DNA of 64,000 nt from a virus, in the IMG/VR virus record IMGVR_UViG_3300021197_001653, positions 32,001-96,000 of that record; one strand, 5' to 3'. Numbering within the stretch: position 1 is the first letter of the stretch; every line of letters begins with the position of its first letter. The notes beneath the pieces are model-generated. The model was not told the origin of the DNA. It saw nothing but the letters and a program-made list of their open reading frames with translations, and ran no database searches. The position numbers and the translations under genes were made by a program. Shown piece by piece: positions 1 through 10,700 of this stretch.

Positions 1-2
1 CT

Positions 3-1058
3 ACATTAGCAAATGCTTTAAGTTTTGAAACTGGGAATACAGATTTCCAAATATATAATGTAGGTACTAACTTATGGATTAGGGATAATACAAATACCCA
101 AGATTTATTTAGATTTAGTAATACTGGGGTTCAGAGCTATAAGGACTTAACAGCTCCTAATTTTATAGGTAATTGGAATGGAAATACAGAAGCTCAGTTT
201 GATGCTAAGTATGATTCAAGTAATTTTATAGCTGGTATAGATTATAATCCTACAATAGGTACTAATACAGATATATTACCAACTGGAACAGAGATTATAA
301 GTTCAATAATTTTGACAAATGGGGTAGTTACTGGTTCATCTAAATTTAATTTAACTTTAGCGCATTTAGGATATACTGGTGATACAAATGCTAATTATAT
401 AACTAATAATAATCAATTAATAAACGGAGCTGGATACACATCTAATATAGGTACAATAACAAGTATAGCTACAGGAACTGGTTTAGATGGGGGTACTGTT
501 ACATCAGGAGGTATAACTATATCTTTAGATTTAAACGAATTAGGTAACGGCGGTACATTATTAGGCACTGATTATTTAGTTTCTGTAAACGGTACAGTGT
601 CTCAAAAACAACTAATCTCATCAATTCCTTTATCAGTATTTAATAACGATGCTGGGTTTATCACATCAGTAAGTTCTGATTATGTTAAGAAAAATGAAAT
701 TACTGATTATACAAAACAACATTACTTTACCCCTCAAACATTAACTTACGGGGCTAATATAACGTGGGATTTAGATAATAAACAAAAAGCTAAAGTATTA
801 TTAACAGGTAATGCTACAATAGATAACCCTGGAAGTGGGGATATTAAACCAGGCGCCACTTATACATTAATAGTTGAACAAGATATAACAGGTGGTAGGA
901 CTTTAACTTGGGGTAGTTATTTTGATTTTGGAAATGATGGAACACCTACTTTAAGTATATCAGGAAATGAGTATGATATCCTTGTTTTTGAAGGTAGTCA
1001 TTACACTAATGTTTTATGTTTCATAGGAATTAAAAAAGGATTTACATCAGCAGTATAA
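3..1058 (+). CDS. Tail fibre / virion structural protein, 5'-truncated (frame is open from position 3)
   Basis: No stop codon from 3 to 1058. G/T/N-rich beta-type sequence with fibre-like repeats (NNNQLINGAGY, FNNDAGFITS). C-terminal domain (LIVEQDITGGRTLTWGSYF) resembles phage fibre tips. Confidence 0.65.
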   Translation, partial: TLANALSFETGNTDFQIYNVGTNLWIRDNTNTQDLFRFSNTGVQSYKDLTAPNFIGNWNGNTEAQFDAKYDSSNFIAGIDYNPTIGTNTDILPTGTEIISSIILTNGVVTGSSKFNLTLAHLGYTGDTNANYITNNNQLINGAGYTSNIGTITSIATGTGLDGGTVTSGGITISLDLNELGNGGTLLGTDYLVSVNGTVSQKQLISSIPLSVFNNDAGFITSVSSDYVKKNEITDYTKQHYFTPQTLTYGANITWDLDNKQKAKVLLTGNATIDNPGSGDIKPGATYTLIVEQDITGGRTLTWGSYFDFGNDGTPTLSISGNEYDILVFEGSHYTNVLCFIGIKKGFTSAV

Positions 1059-1384
1059 TGTTTAGCGTACCAATACATATAATAGCAGGGGATGTTGAAG
1101 CCCCAACAACACCTATTAATTTAGTTGTTACTGATCAAACTACTCATTTTAATATAACTTGGAGTGCATCTACAGATAATATTGGGGTGACAGGATATGT
1201 TCTTGAAAGAAGAAAAGGTTTAGCAGGTTTATGGGAATTAACATTATACACTGGATTAAGTAGAGATTATGACGATACTCCTATAGAAAATGATACTTAT
1301 TATTATAGAACTAAAGCGTTTGATGATAGCGATAATTTTTCTGCTTATAGTAATATAGATTCAGAAGTTTGGACAGGAAGTTAA
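1058..1384 (+). CDS. Fibronectin type III domain protein
   Basis: APTTPINL...ITWSASTDNIGVTGY...YYYRTKAFD..N.SAYS matches the FN3 pattern. Confidence 0.8.
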   Translation: MFSVPIHIIAGDVEAPTTPINLVVTDQTTHFNITWSASTDNIGVTGYVLERRKGLAGLWELTLYTGLSRDYDDTPIENDTYYYRTKAFDDSDNFSAYSNIDSEVWTGS

Positions 1385-1402
1385 AAATAAATAAAATATA
1401 CA

Positions 1403-1735
1403 ATGAAAAAAATATACAAATGGATAGCTGAAAAAGCTAAATGGACTACAAGAAATACACCTAGATCAGATTATTTAGCTCATTCTTTTTGGGGTGATAT
1501 ATTATGGTCTAATATAGGATATTTACCATCTATAATATTAACATTATTCATACCTAGTTATTGGTTGATAATATTACCTATTATATCAAATGTAGTTCCA
1601 GCAGGATTAAAAGAATTAAGTGATGGTAATGGTAATGGTAATAAAGATAAATATGATTTCTTTTATACATTAACATCGTTACCTTTAAAAATAATAACAT
1701 TATTAATAATAACATATTTAAAACTAAATGGCTAA
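1403..1735 (+). CDS. Small membrane protein
   Basis: Several hydrophobic segments; tightly packed in the operon. Confidence 0.5.
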   Translation: MKKIYKWIAEKAKWTTRNTPRSDYLAHSFWGDILWSNIGYLPSIILTLFIPSYWLIILPIISNVVPAGLKELSDGNGNGNKDKYDFFYTLTSLPLKIITLLIITYLKLNG

Positions 1736-2849
1736 TTTTATAATAAATATTGATCATAATGATATTAATTATACTAATAAATTGTCGTATAATTTATATG
1801 AGAGATGCGTTAATGAAATTAATATAAGTGAGGGTATTCAAATATTAAATTTAAATGATATAACATTATCTCTTTTGTCAACTTATAATGGTGATGCTAG
1901 AAAAAATTTAGTAATTACTTCAATAGTAACAAATCTTATAAATGTAACATATTTAACTAATGTTATAACCAATATTGATTTACCTATATCAATTAATATT
2001 ACAGGTTTAAATGATACTACATTAATTCCTGATTTATTATTAGAAGGTGATATTACTATAGAAAATAATCCTGAAGATAATTTAATAAGTAGTGTTAATA
2101 TAACTTATTATATTGAAGATGAAAATGATCAAAAAGGAGATACTATAACTAGTTCTTTCCAATTTATAACCCAACCATGTAGTTCATTATCATCTATAAC
2201 AAGTTCTTTACCTATTATATCTAACGGAAGTGGTGTTGTTAATTATCAATTAACAGCAGATAATCAAGTATTATATTATAATATTAGTGGCTTACCAAAT
2301 GGTATAACTTATAATATAAATACTGGTTTAATAACAGGTACATCAACATTAATAGGTGTTCATAATATTATAATTTCAGTTTATAATGAAAAAGGTGTTA
2401 ATGAAGTAAATACAACTATTGAAATAATAAACCCTATAATTGTACCACCTGTGATTACAAGCCCTTTACTTTTAACAGTAGAAGAAGATTTTATAGTAAC
2501 ATATAAAATTGAAGCTACTAATAATCCAACTTCATTTCAATACATATTACCCCCTGAATTAGATTTTTTACTTAGGGTTGATCCTATTGATCCTAGTGTA
2601 TTGAAAGGTAAAGTTAGGAGTAGAGATACCGGTATTTATAATATAACTATAACTGCAACTAATGATGGTGGTATAGATATTGAAACATTAATCTTAGATG
2701 TAAGTATACCTACAGATGATTATCTAGATGGTTTTGAATTTGAAGAAAATGGCGGTGGTAGTAATGGTACAGATGGTAATACTTGGGATAATGATGATAG
2801 TAATAATAAAGATTATTGGGATTTAAGAAGGGAAAATGATGTATTTTAA
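1728..2849 (+). CDS. Putative Ig-domain (He_PIG-like) structural protein with acidic C-terminal tail
   Basis: Two repeats of the type GLPNGITYNINTGLITGT and PVITSP..Y.I.ATN.PTSF..G.YNITITATNDGG. Confidence 0.7.
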   Translation: MANFIINIDHNDINYTNKLSYNLYERCVNEINISEGIQILNLNDITLSLLSTYNGDARKNLVITSIVTNLINVTYLTNVITNIDLPISINITGLNDTTLIPDLLLEGDITIENNPEDNLISSVNITYYIEDENDQKGDTITSSFQFITQPCSSLSSITSSLPIISNGSGVVNYQLTADNQVLYYNISGLPNGITYNINTGLITGTSTLIGVHNIIISVYNEKGVNEVNTTIEIINPIIVPPVITSPLLLTVEEDFIVTYKIEATNNPTSFQYILPPELDFLLRVDPIDPSVLKGKVRSRDTGIYNITITATNDGGIDIETLILDVSIPTDDYLDGFEFEENGGGSNGTDGNTWDNDDSNNKDYWDLRRENDVF

Positions 2850-2860
2850 TAAATAAAATA

Positions 2861-3277
2861 ATGATAAATAAATTTAAATTTTGGAAAAAAAATAAAGCTA
2901 TTAATAAATTCAAAGAAATTAATAGTACACCTGCTATTAAAACAGATGCATTAATAACTTTTAAACAATTAGAAGATATCCCTATTAATATAGTTAATCA
3001 AATTTTACCTGATAAAAAAGGTTCTATTGAAACTACTCGATTATATAATGAAACAGAAGATTTAACTTTTAGAGTTCATATGAAAAAAGATGAAGTATGG
3101 AACTTTCATCATCATGATTGTGAAGAAATAATATTAATACATAAAGGTAAGCTTAAAGTATCAATATCTGAAAAAATTTATAATAAAGGGAATATATTTA
3201 AAATATATAAAAATATTAACCATAGTGTTAAAGCCCTTGAAGATTCAATATTTTATGTTGAATTCAAAAAACCTTAA
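2861..3277 (+). CDS. Cupin-domain protein
   Basis: HHHDCEE..LIHKGKL and H.VKALEDS cupin metal-binding motifs. Confidence 0.75.
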   Translation: MINKFKFWKKNKAINKFKEINSTPAIKTDALITFKQLEDIPINIVNQILPDKKGSIETTRLYNETEDLTFRVHMKKDEVWNFHHHDCEEIILIHKGKLKVSISEKIYNKGNIFKIYKNINHSVKALEDSIFYVEFKKP

Positions 3278-3302
3278 TAATAAACAATAAAAAATAATCA
3301 TA

Positions 3303-3668
3303 ATGAAAAATTGGTTTGTTGAAAATCTAAACTTTATAATAATTACTATTATACTACCTTTAATAGGGTGGTTTGGCTCTAAAAAATACTTTCAAGATAG
3401 AGAACTTAAAAGTAAAGATATTGAAAATGATTCTGGTATATCAGAGGTTTTACATAAAAACTTAAATTTATATCAAAGAATGTTGGATGATATTGAAGAA
3501 AGGTATGAAGATAAGTTAGCTAAAAGAGATATAGATATAGAAAATTTAGAAAACAAAGTTGAAAGTTTAGATACTGAAATAATATTGTTGGAAGAAGAAA
3601 TTAGTGATTTAGAGACTAAAATTTCTAAATTAAAAGCTAAAATAAAAAAATTAGATAATAATGTTTAA
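3303..3668 (+). CDS. Putative holin (N-terminal TM helix plus coiled coil)
   Basis: One TM segment followed by heptad repeats; directly upstream of the endolysin. Confidence 0.5.
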   Translation: MKNWFVENLNFIIITIILPLIGWFGSKKYFQDRELKSKDIENDSGISEVLHKNLNLYQRMLDDIEERYEDKLAKRDIDIENLENKVESLDTEIILLEEEISDLETKISKLKAKIKKLDNNV

Positions 3669-4077
3669 TCCGTATACTATAGATGATTTTAATATATCTA
3701 AAGAAGAATTATCTGAAGATATAAGTGATAAAATATTAGATTATCATATGATACCCGCATGGGAATTAGCTATTGATTTAAATGCTTACCCATCTATGGA
3801 TAGTAGTTATAGATCTATTCAGTGGGAGTTAGATCATGGTCGAAATGGTAATAGTCAGCATACTTTTAAAGGTAAAGGAGCTACTGATTGGACATGTGAT
3901 AAATTTAAAGATAATAAGGATGAATTACTTAAAAGATTAATTAGTGACACTGAATATACTAGATTTGCAGTTTATAATACATTCATACATTGTGATTATA
4001 AACCAACTAATAATAATAAAAGGCAACTTTTTGATTCAGATCCTAATAGTAAATGGACATTTAAAAAATTTGTATAA
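3661..4077 (+). CDS. Endolysin, peptidase M15 family (Zn-dependent)
   Basis: SSYRS, SQH..G.A.D and FIHCD motifs. Confidence 0.8.
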   Translation: MFNPYTIDDFNISKEELSEDISDKILDYHMIPAWELAIDLNAYPSMDSSYRSIQWELDHGRNGNSQHTFKGKGATDWTCDKFKDNKDELLKRLISDTEYTRFAVYNTFIHCDYKPTNNNKRQLFDSDPNSKWTFKKFV

Positions 4078-4670
4078 TGAATATAATAAAAAATAATTGG
4101 AAAAACTTATTAATAAGTGCTGGAATCGTTTTTGGGATGTTATATTTTTTAAATCCTAAAATAGAAGAAGTTGAAGTTCCTGTTAGGATAGAGGTGAAAG
4201 TTCCTGTAATAGAGAAAGTACATGATACTATAGAAAAACCTGTGCCTTATAAGGTATTAGTAGACTCTCCTGTTAACGAGCAATTGAGAGATAGCCTTAG
4301 TGAAGCTAAATCGGTTATAGACTCTCTAAGGGCTTATAAAGCATTTACTGTTAAAAGACAATACACACAATCATTTGATGATGAAACCCAAACAATAACT
4401 GTATTTGCTGAGACTACTGGTACATTAGATAAGTTACAGGCTAGTTATAAGACTAAACCTAAGACTATATTACTTGATACAGTATTAACAATAAAAGTTC
4501 CTAAATATAATAAGTTCTTTGGTGGTATTAGTGTAGGTGTCCCTGTTAATAATAATATAAAACCTATATTTAAGGCTGATTTATACTTAAAAACTAAAAA
4601 TAATAATCTTTGGAACATATCTTTTGATACACAAAGGATAGTGTGGATAGGGCATGCGTGGGAATTTTAA
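4077..4670 (+). CDS. Membrane-anchored lysis-cassette protein (spanin-like)
   Basis: N-terminal TM, a coiled segment, and C-terminal beta strands ending in an aromatic residue (WEF); follows the endolysin. Confidence 0.45.
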   Translation: MNIIKNNWKNLLISAGIVFGMLYFLNPKIEEVEVPVRIEVKVPVIEKVHDTIEKPVPYKVLVDSPVNEQLRDSLSEAKSVIDSLRAYKAFTVKRQYTQSFDDETQTITVFAETTGTLDKLQASYKTKPKTILLDTVLTIKVPKYNKFFGGISVGVPVNNNIKPIFKADLYLKTKNNNLWNISFDTQRIVWIGHAWEF

Positions 4671-4709
4671 TATAAATAATAAAATAAATTAGAAAAAAGT
4701 ACTAAAATA

Positions 4710-4741
4710 TTAGGATATTAAAGAAATATTTCGTACCTTTG
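4710..4741 (+). promoter_or_regulatory. Bacteroidota sigma70-type promoter (-33 TTAG / -7 TACCTTTG)
   Basis: TAnnTTTG at 4734-4741, 20 nt after a near-consensus -33 box, upstream of the 4773 ORF. Confidence 0.6.
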
Positions 4742-4772
4742 TATTAAATAACTTAATTAAAATAAAATAAAT

Positions 4773-5723
4773 ATGGGAGAAACTACAATAAGTAGAGAAG
4801 AAATAATAGAATTTTTACTGAATAAAAAAGGATATTTAAAAGAGGGGGCTAAGAGATTAAGAAACCATTTATATAATAAAGGATTTATAACAAGTGTAAA
4901 AACATGTAAATTAGCATTAAAAGAAGCTAGAACAAGAGAAAAAGAAAAAAATATTAAATTAAATAGTAAGAGCGCTAGAGTTCTTATATATGATATAGAA
5001 ACTAGTCCTAACTTAGGTTGGTTTTGGAGATCAGGATATAAATTAAACATTACACCTAATCAAATAACTAAAGAAAGAGCTATTATATGTGTATCATATA
5101 AATGGTTAGATGAAGATCAAGTATATAATCTGGCTTGGGATAAAAATCAATGTGATAAATTTTTAATAGAACAATTCACAGAGGTTTTAAATGAAGCTGA
5201 TTTAATAGTTGCTCATAATGGTGATAGATTTGATATTAAATGGTTAAAAACTAGAGCTTTATTTCATAGAATACCAATGTTACCTAATTATAAACAGTTT
5301 GATACATTAAAAGTAGCTAAGAGTAAATTACTACTTAATTCTAATAGATTGGACTATATAGCTAAATTTTTAGGTCATGAAGGTAAGAATAATACATCTA
5401 TTAATTTATGGTTAGATATTATGTTTAAAAAGTGTAAGACAGCAATGAATACAATGTTAGAATATTGCGATGAAGATGTTAGACAACTAGAAAATATATA
5501 TAATGAATTAAAATATTTAGATAACCCTAAATTACATTCAGGAGTTATTCAAGGTAAAGTAAAACAAACTTCACCTATTGATGGAGGAGTTAATATTAAA
5601 ATGATTAAATCTGTTACCACTAATAGAGGAACAATTAAATACATAATGCAAGATTTAGATAATAAGAGATTTTTTGAAATGTCTGAATCAAATTATAAAA
5701 AATACATTGAGATTAATAAATAA
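4773..5723 (+). CDS. RNase H-fold 3'-5' exonuclease-like protein (YprB/RNase_H_2-like)
   Basis: YDIET, AHNGDRFD and YCDEDV (Exo I/II/III-type) motifs. Confidence 0.8.
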   Translation: MGETTISREEIIEFLLNKKGYLKEGAKRLRNHLYNKGFITSVKTCKLALKEARTREKEKNIKLNSKSARVLIYDIETSPNLGWFWRSGYKLNITPNQITKERAIICVSYKWLDEDQVYNLAWDKNQCDKFLIEQFTEVLNEADLIVAHNGDRFDIKWLKTRALFHRIPMLPNYKQFDTLKVAKSKLLLNSNRLDYIAKFLGHEGKNNTSINLWLDIMFKKCKTAMNTMLEYCDEDVRQLENIYNELKYLDNPKLHSGVIQGKVKQTSPIDGGVNIKMIKSVTTNRGTIKYIMQDLDNKRFFEMSESNYKKYIEINK

Positions 5724-5733
5724 TATATAAACT

Positions 5734-5772
5734 AAGCCCTAAGAGCGTTTTAAAAATGTTCTAAGGGCTTTT
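5734..5772 (+). terminator. Rho-independent terminator
   Basis: AAGCCCTAAGAGCGTTT / AAATGTTCTAAGGGCTT stem followed by a T-rich tract, just after the exonuclease stop. Confidence 0.65.
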
Positions 5773-5784
5773 ATTTTTAAAAAT

Positions 5785-6465
5785 ATGGCAAAGGTTAATG
5801 AAATAATATATGACGTTAGAGAAGCTTTAAAACAGTTTTCTGATGATAGTGAGATATCTGATAGATATATTTTATATTTATATAATAATAAAAGATCTAA
5901 ATATCTACGTCAAGATTTAAATAATTACTTAAAGACTGCTGATAATTCTATACAACAATCATTTTGTATTAGTATAGAAGAAGTATCTGTAAATGAATGT
6001 AGTATATCTTTTGATTGTGAGACAATTATGAGGACTACAACAAAGATACCAACACCTTTAGAGTTACATAGTAAGACAGCAATTACAAAAGTTAAACCAT
6101 CTATTAAGATAGCATTACCTTTTAACTTCATAAGTAAAGAGAAGGCTTATTATTTAGAAGGTTCAAAATTCCCTAATTCAATATATAGTTTTTTAGATGT
6201 TGATGGTTATATATACTTATATAGTAAATCACCAGTAGCTAAATTAATGGAATGTATTAATATAACAGGTATATTTGAAAATCCTTCATCATTATCTGAT
6301 TTTAGAGAGGGTTGTAGTGATACTAGCCCCTCTTGTTTTAATGAAGCTATTTCAGAATATCCTTTACAACCACATTATATTGACTTAATTAGAAAAGAGA
6401 TTGTTCAAGATCTTATGAATGAGAGTCAAAATAAAGAAGATAAAACTAATAACTCAACTGATTAA
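5785..6465 (+). CDS. crAss-like ring / tail tubular protein
   Basis: SDDS motif, GIFENP..YP pattern, and position before the IHF-like gene, tail tube and muzzle as in Crassvirales. Confidence 0.65.
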   Translation: MAKVNEIIYDVREALKQFSDDSEISDRYILYLYNNKRSKYLRQDLNNYLKTADNSIQQSFCISIEEVSVNECSISFDCETIMRTTTKIPTPLELHSKTAITKVKPSIKIALPFNFISKEKAYYLEGSKFPNSIYSFLDVDGYIYLYSKSPVAKLMECINITGIFENPSSLSDFREGCSDTSPSCFNEAISEYPLQPHYIDLIRKEIVQDLMNESQNKEDKTNNSTD

Positions 6466-6971
6466 TGGATAAAAGGATACATAAAAATAAAAAGGATTAT
6501 GGAATAACAGATTATAGAATTTATTATAATAATAAATATAATAAAGATATATCTAAAAGCTTATATAATAAAATTATAACTGATTTTAATAATGAAATTA
6601 AAAATATGATTATAAATAATAATCTTATTTATAAAATGCCTTCTTTAAATTTAGAAATATTAATTAAAAAAGAAAAAAGAATTCCTATAATAAAGAATGG
6701 TAAGCTGATTAATAACATACCTCCCGATTGGAAAAAAACTAATGCATTATGGGCTAAAGACCCTGAAGCTAAAGAAAAGAAAATATTAGTAAGATATAAT
6801 AATTCACATACATCTAATTATATATATAGGATATATTGTAAGAAATTTAATTGTAATATTAAAAATAAGAATTTAATTAAGTTTAAACCTAATAGAACTT
6901 TTCAAAGAGATTTAGCTAAAAGAATAAAAGATAAAAATCAAGATAATTTAAATGCTTATCTATTATATTAA
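6465..6971 (+). CDS. crAss-like IHF/HU-like DNA-binding protein
   Basis: Basic protein with DWKKT..LW, N.HT..Y and FKPNR motifs; conserved crAss gene position. Confidence 0.65.
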   Translation: MDKRIHKNKKDYGITDYRIYYNNKYNKDISKSLYNKIITDFNNEIKNMIINNNLIYKMPSLNLEILIKKEKRIPIIKNGKLINNIPPDWKKTNALWAKDPEAKEKKILVRYNNSHTSNYIYRIYCKKFNCNIKNKNLIKFKPNRTFQRDLAKRIKDKNQDNLNAYLLY

Positions 6972-7008
6972 TATGGAAGATTTAACAACAATTTAAAAAT
7001 AAAATAAA

Positions 7009-7725
7009 ATGTATAACGGACAAACAGTTTCTTTAAAAGAAATACTATGGAAAACACTAAATCATCCTTTAGCTGCGGATTTAACTTATGAAATAGCAGC
7101 TGAGAGTGCAATAGAGTGTCTAAGATTAATAGGAGCACCTTTATTATTTGAGGATAAAGTTACTGATCCTAAACTAATTGTTGAGAATCACAAAGCTTTA
7201 TTACCAGCAAATATAATTGAATTAAGAGGTGTAAGATTAATACAAAAAGATGATTATCCTGAAAGAAGTGCAATTGCATTACGACATGCTACAGATATAT
7301 ATCATAAATCCAAAAATAAAAATACTTTAGAAGAGTTTACTTATACTACTCAAAATGGAGTTATATATACTTCTTTTCCTGATGGTTGTATTGAAGTTTC
7401 TTATAAAGCACTATCATGTGATAAAGATGGTTTTCCACTTATACCAGATAATGTTAAAGTTAAATTAGCAATAAGATATTATATATTATATGAATATTTA
7501 GCGCCATTAGCTGATATAGGTAAAATAACAGATAAAGCATTTCATAGAATAGAATATAATTCTAATTGGTATATGGGTGCTGCTCAAACATCTATGCAAT
7601 TACAAAGTATGGATCATTTAGAATCAGCAATGAATGCTATAAATAGAATAATAGTTAATACTGACTTACATAAGCAATTTTATAAAGGTTCAGGAGAAAA
7701 AGAAAGAATTAAAAGATATAACTAA
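7009..7725 (+). CDS. Tail tubular / ring protein
   Basis: IYTSF.DG.I.VSY.A...DKDGFPLIPD motif of crAss-like tail tubular proteins. Confidence 0.75.
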   Translation: MYNGQTVSLKEILWKTLNHPLAADLTYEIAAESAIECLRLIGAPLLFEDKVTDPKLIVENHKALLPANIIELRGVRLIQKDDYPERSAIALRHATDIYHKSKNKNTLEEFTYTTQNGVIYTSFPDGCIEVSYKALSCDKDGFPLIPDNVKVKLAIRYYILYEYLAPLADIGKITDKAFHRIEYNSNWYMGAAQTSMQLQSMDHLESAMNAINRIIVNTDLHKQFYKGSGEKERIKRYN

Positions 7726-10700
7726 TGAATAAACAATCTAAATTTACATATAGTGGGTTAAATCAAGATATTAGTAAATCTAAACACCCTCTTCAATTCT
7801 ATTACGATGCTAAAAATATTAGAATTGTAAATACAAATGACCAAAGTTCTGAATCAATAAGTAATGATAAAGGTACTTTATTCATATTAGAAATACCTAA
7901 TGTAACTATTAATAGTGATAACAATAGTATTGATTATAATAATAAACAGTTATCATTTACAAATAGTCCCGGTAATCAAATATTAAATAGTTCTTTACCT
8001 TCATCAAGTAATAATCAAAAAATTATAGGTCATACAGTAACTAATAATAGTATTATATTATTATCAACAGACGATAATGGTTTTGATTGTATTTGGGAAG
8101 TAAAAGAATTATTTGAAAACATATTTGATTTAGAATTATTATACTGTAGGGATTTAAATTTTTCAATTAATAACCCTATTCAAATACTTTTTAATTATGA
8201 AAATGAAAAAATACAGAAAATATATTGGGTTGATGGTGTAAATCAATTAAGATTTGTAAATATAATGCATAGTATAACTAATGGGGATTTAGAGAATTTA
8301 ATCGATATAAATTCAAATTCTCTAAATATAGTTAGTGATTATACATTATCTCAACCTGTATTGGATAGTATTTCAGGTGGTGGTGACCATACATCTGGTA
8401 TGATACAGTATTCATATAATTTATATAAATTAAATGGTTCACAAACTACAATTTCACCTTTTAGTGAATTAATATATTTAGATAAAGGAGCTACATTGGG
8501 TGGTGGGGACACTAATGAAATAGTTGGTAGTATACCTTTAGTAAAAATTAATGTATTAGATGATAATTATACACATATAAAAGTATATGCTATAAAATAT
8601 ACATCTTATAATGAAATACCTTCTATATCTCTTATTAAAGATGAGGAAATAGATTCTTTTTCTAGTTATAGTTTTACTGATGATGGTAATAAAATTAGTG
8701 ATTTAAGCACATCTGAATTTATATTTTTAGGATCAAACCCTATTACACCTAAACATATAGAATCTAAAGATAATAGATTATTTGTTTCTAATTATACAGA
8801 GACAGCTTATGATTTAAATATAGATATGAGGGCTTATGGTCATGATTCATTAGGTTCATCTAAATTATATACAGGTAATGTTTTATTTGTAAATAATGTA
8901 TTAACAGGTAACTTTCAATCATTTAGCGCTGGTCAAGAATTATCATCTTATAATTATAGTACTAAATTAGATGCTATTAATCCAAATTATGATACATATA
9001 AATATCAGAAGAATGGTTCTATAGTAGGTGGTGAAGGTTTATATGTTACGTATGAATTAGTTCAAAAAGTATCTAGTCAATTACGTGGTAATATAAAATA
9101 TAATAGATTCTTAAAAGATAATGAAATATATAGAATTGGTATTCAATTTTATAATAAATTAGGTCAAAAAACTGATGTTAAATGGATAGCTGATTTTAAA
9201 ACTCCTTCTGGAAATTTACAAGGTAATTATAATGTACTTAAAGTTGATATTAAACAAACTGAATTTAATGATTATATTAACTCATTAAACTTAACAGGTA
9301 ATGATATACCTACTGGATATAAAATAGTAAGGGCAGAAAGGAATATAAAAGATATGACAATACTTTGTCAAGGTTCTTTAACTGGTATGATGCTTCAGAC
9401 AACACAAGATGCTAAAAATTATAATTATTGGAAAACAGAGGTTAATAGAGCTAATCATTCTAAAAATGAGGTTAAATTACCTATACCATTAAGTAGAGGT
9501 TTTGTATTACCTTCTACAGAAACATCTTTATTTCCTACTTCTAATTTAACACAAATGAATGAAGGTAGGTCTGAAAAACTTGATGAAATATATAGAGATA
9601 ATGATACTGATTATAAAAGACAACAATCTTGGCAATATACTAAAATGATGCAAATGCATTCACCTGATATATTATTCAATACAGGTTTAGTATTTGGTAA
9701 TGGTTTAAGTTTAAGAGTTAAAGGTATGGTTCAACATACTACAACACATCATAGATATAATAAAATAAATACAGTTAGTAAATCTATTGTAGAAAATGAT
9801 GTTTATTACAATATAAATAATTTAAGATCTAGAAGAAAAGCTGAATCTTTTGGTACGTTTGGACCAGTATATGATGGTGAAACGGATAATAGGACTGATT
9901 TTTTATCATATAATAGAAGATATGGTTATTATATAAATGGTGAGAATGAAGATAATATTATATATGGTAGTCCAGAAATAACTGAGAGAGGACAGGGTAC
10001 AACTGCTTATAATGGAGATAGTAGATATAATTATACAAATAGTTTAGAATCAGTTATATCAGACCAATATAAAGGTAGTAGTAGAGATGATGCTGCTATG
10101 GAAGGTATTAATAGTTTTGGTGAGAGGTGTTTAACTATAGTTCTTGGTGCAGACAATTCTCTTGAAGCAGATAGACCTGCTATGGAAGATATTGTACCAT
10201 CTAACATTGGTAATATAAACGGATTACTATTAACTGAAGTAGTAAGACCAACATCTTATATTTATACAGGAGATATATATGGTGGTTTATCTGTAGAAGA
10301 TAAATCTAGAACTACTTATATTGAGATAGGTCCTTATAATGATATTTCTGCTGTAGCTGAAGATATAGAGAACTGTGGTGATATATATGTACAATTATAT
10401 AGATTTGGTAGACTATTAAAAACAGATACTGAAGTGTATGATCCTACAAAATTACAATTAACTGAAATTATAGAGCACCCTATTGAATCAACAGTTAACC
10501 TATTGAATAGAAATGATATTTCTTTATTAGGATGGGATAATAAATTTCAACCTAGATATGATGAGTTTCATAATTATAACAGAGTGTATAGCCAATTGTC
10601 TAATTTAATAAAAGCATCTACTGATTCATTTAAATTTAAAAAAATAAATCAGTTTAGCACAAGAATTATATCATCTAAACTTAAAGTTCCTGGTGAATTT

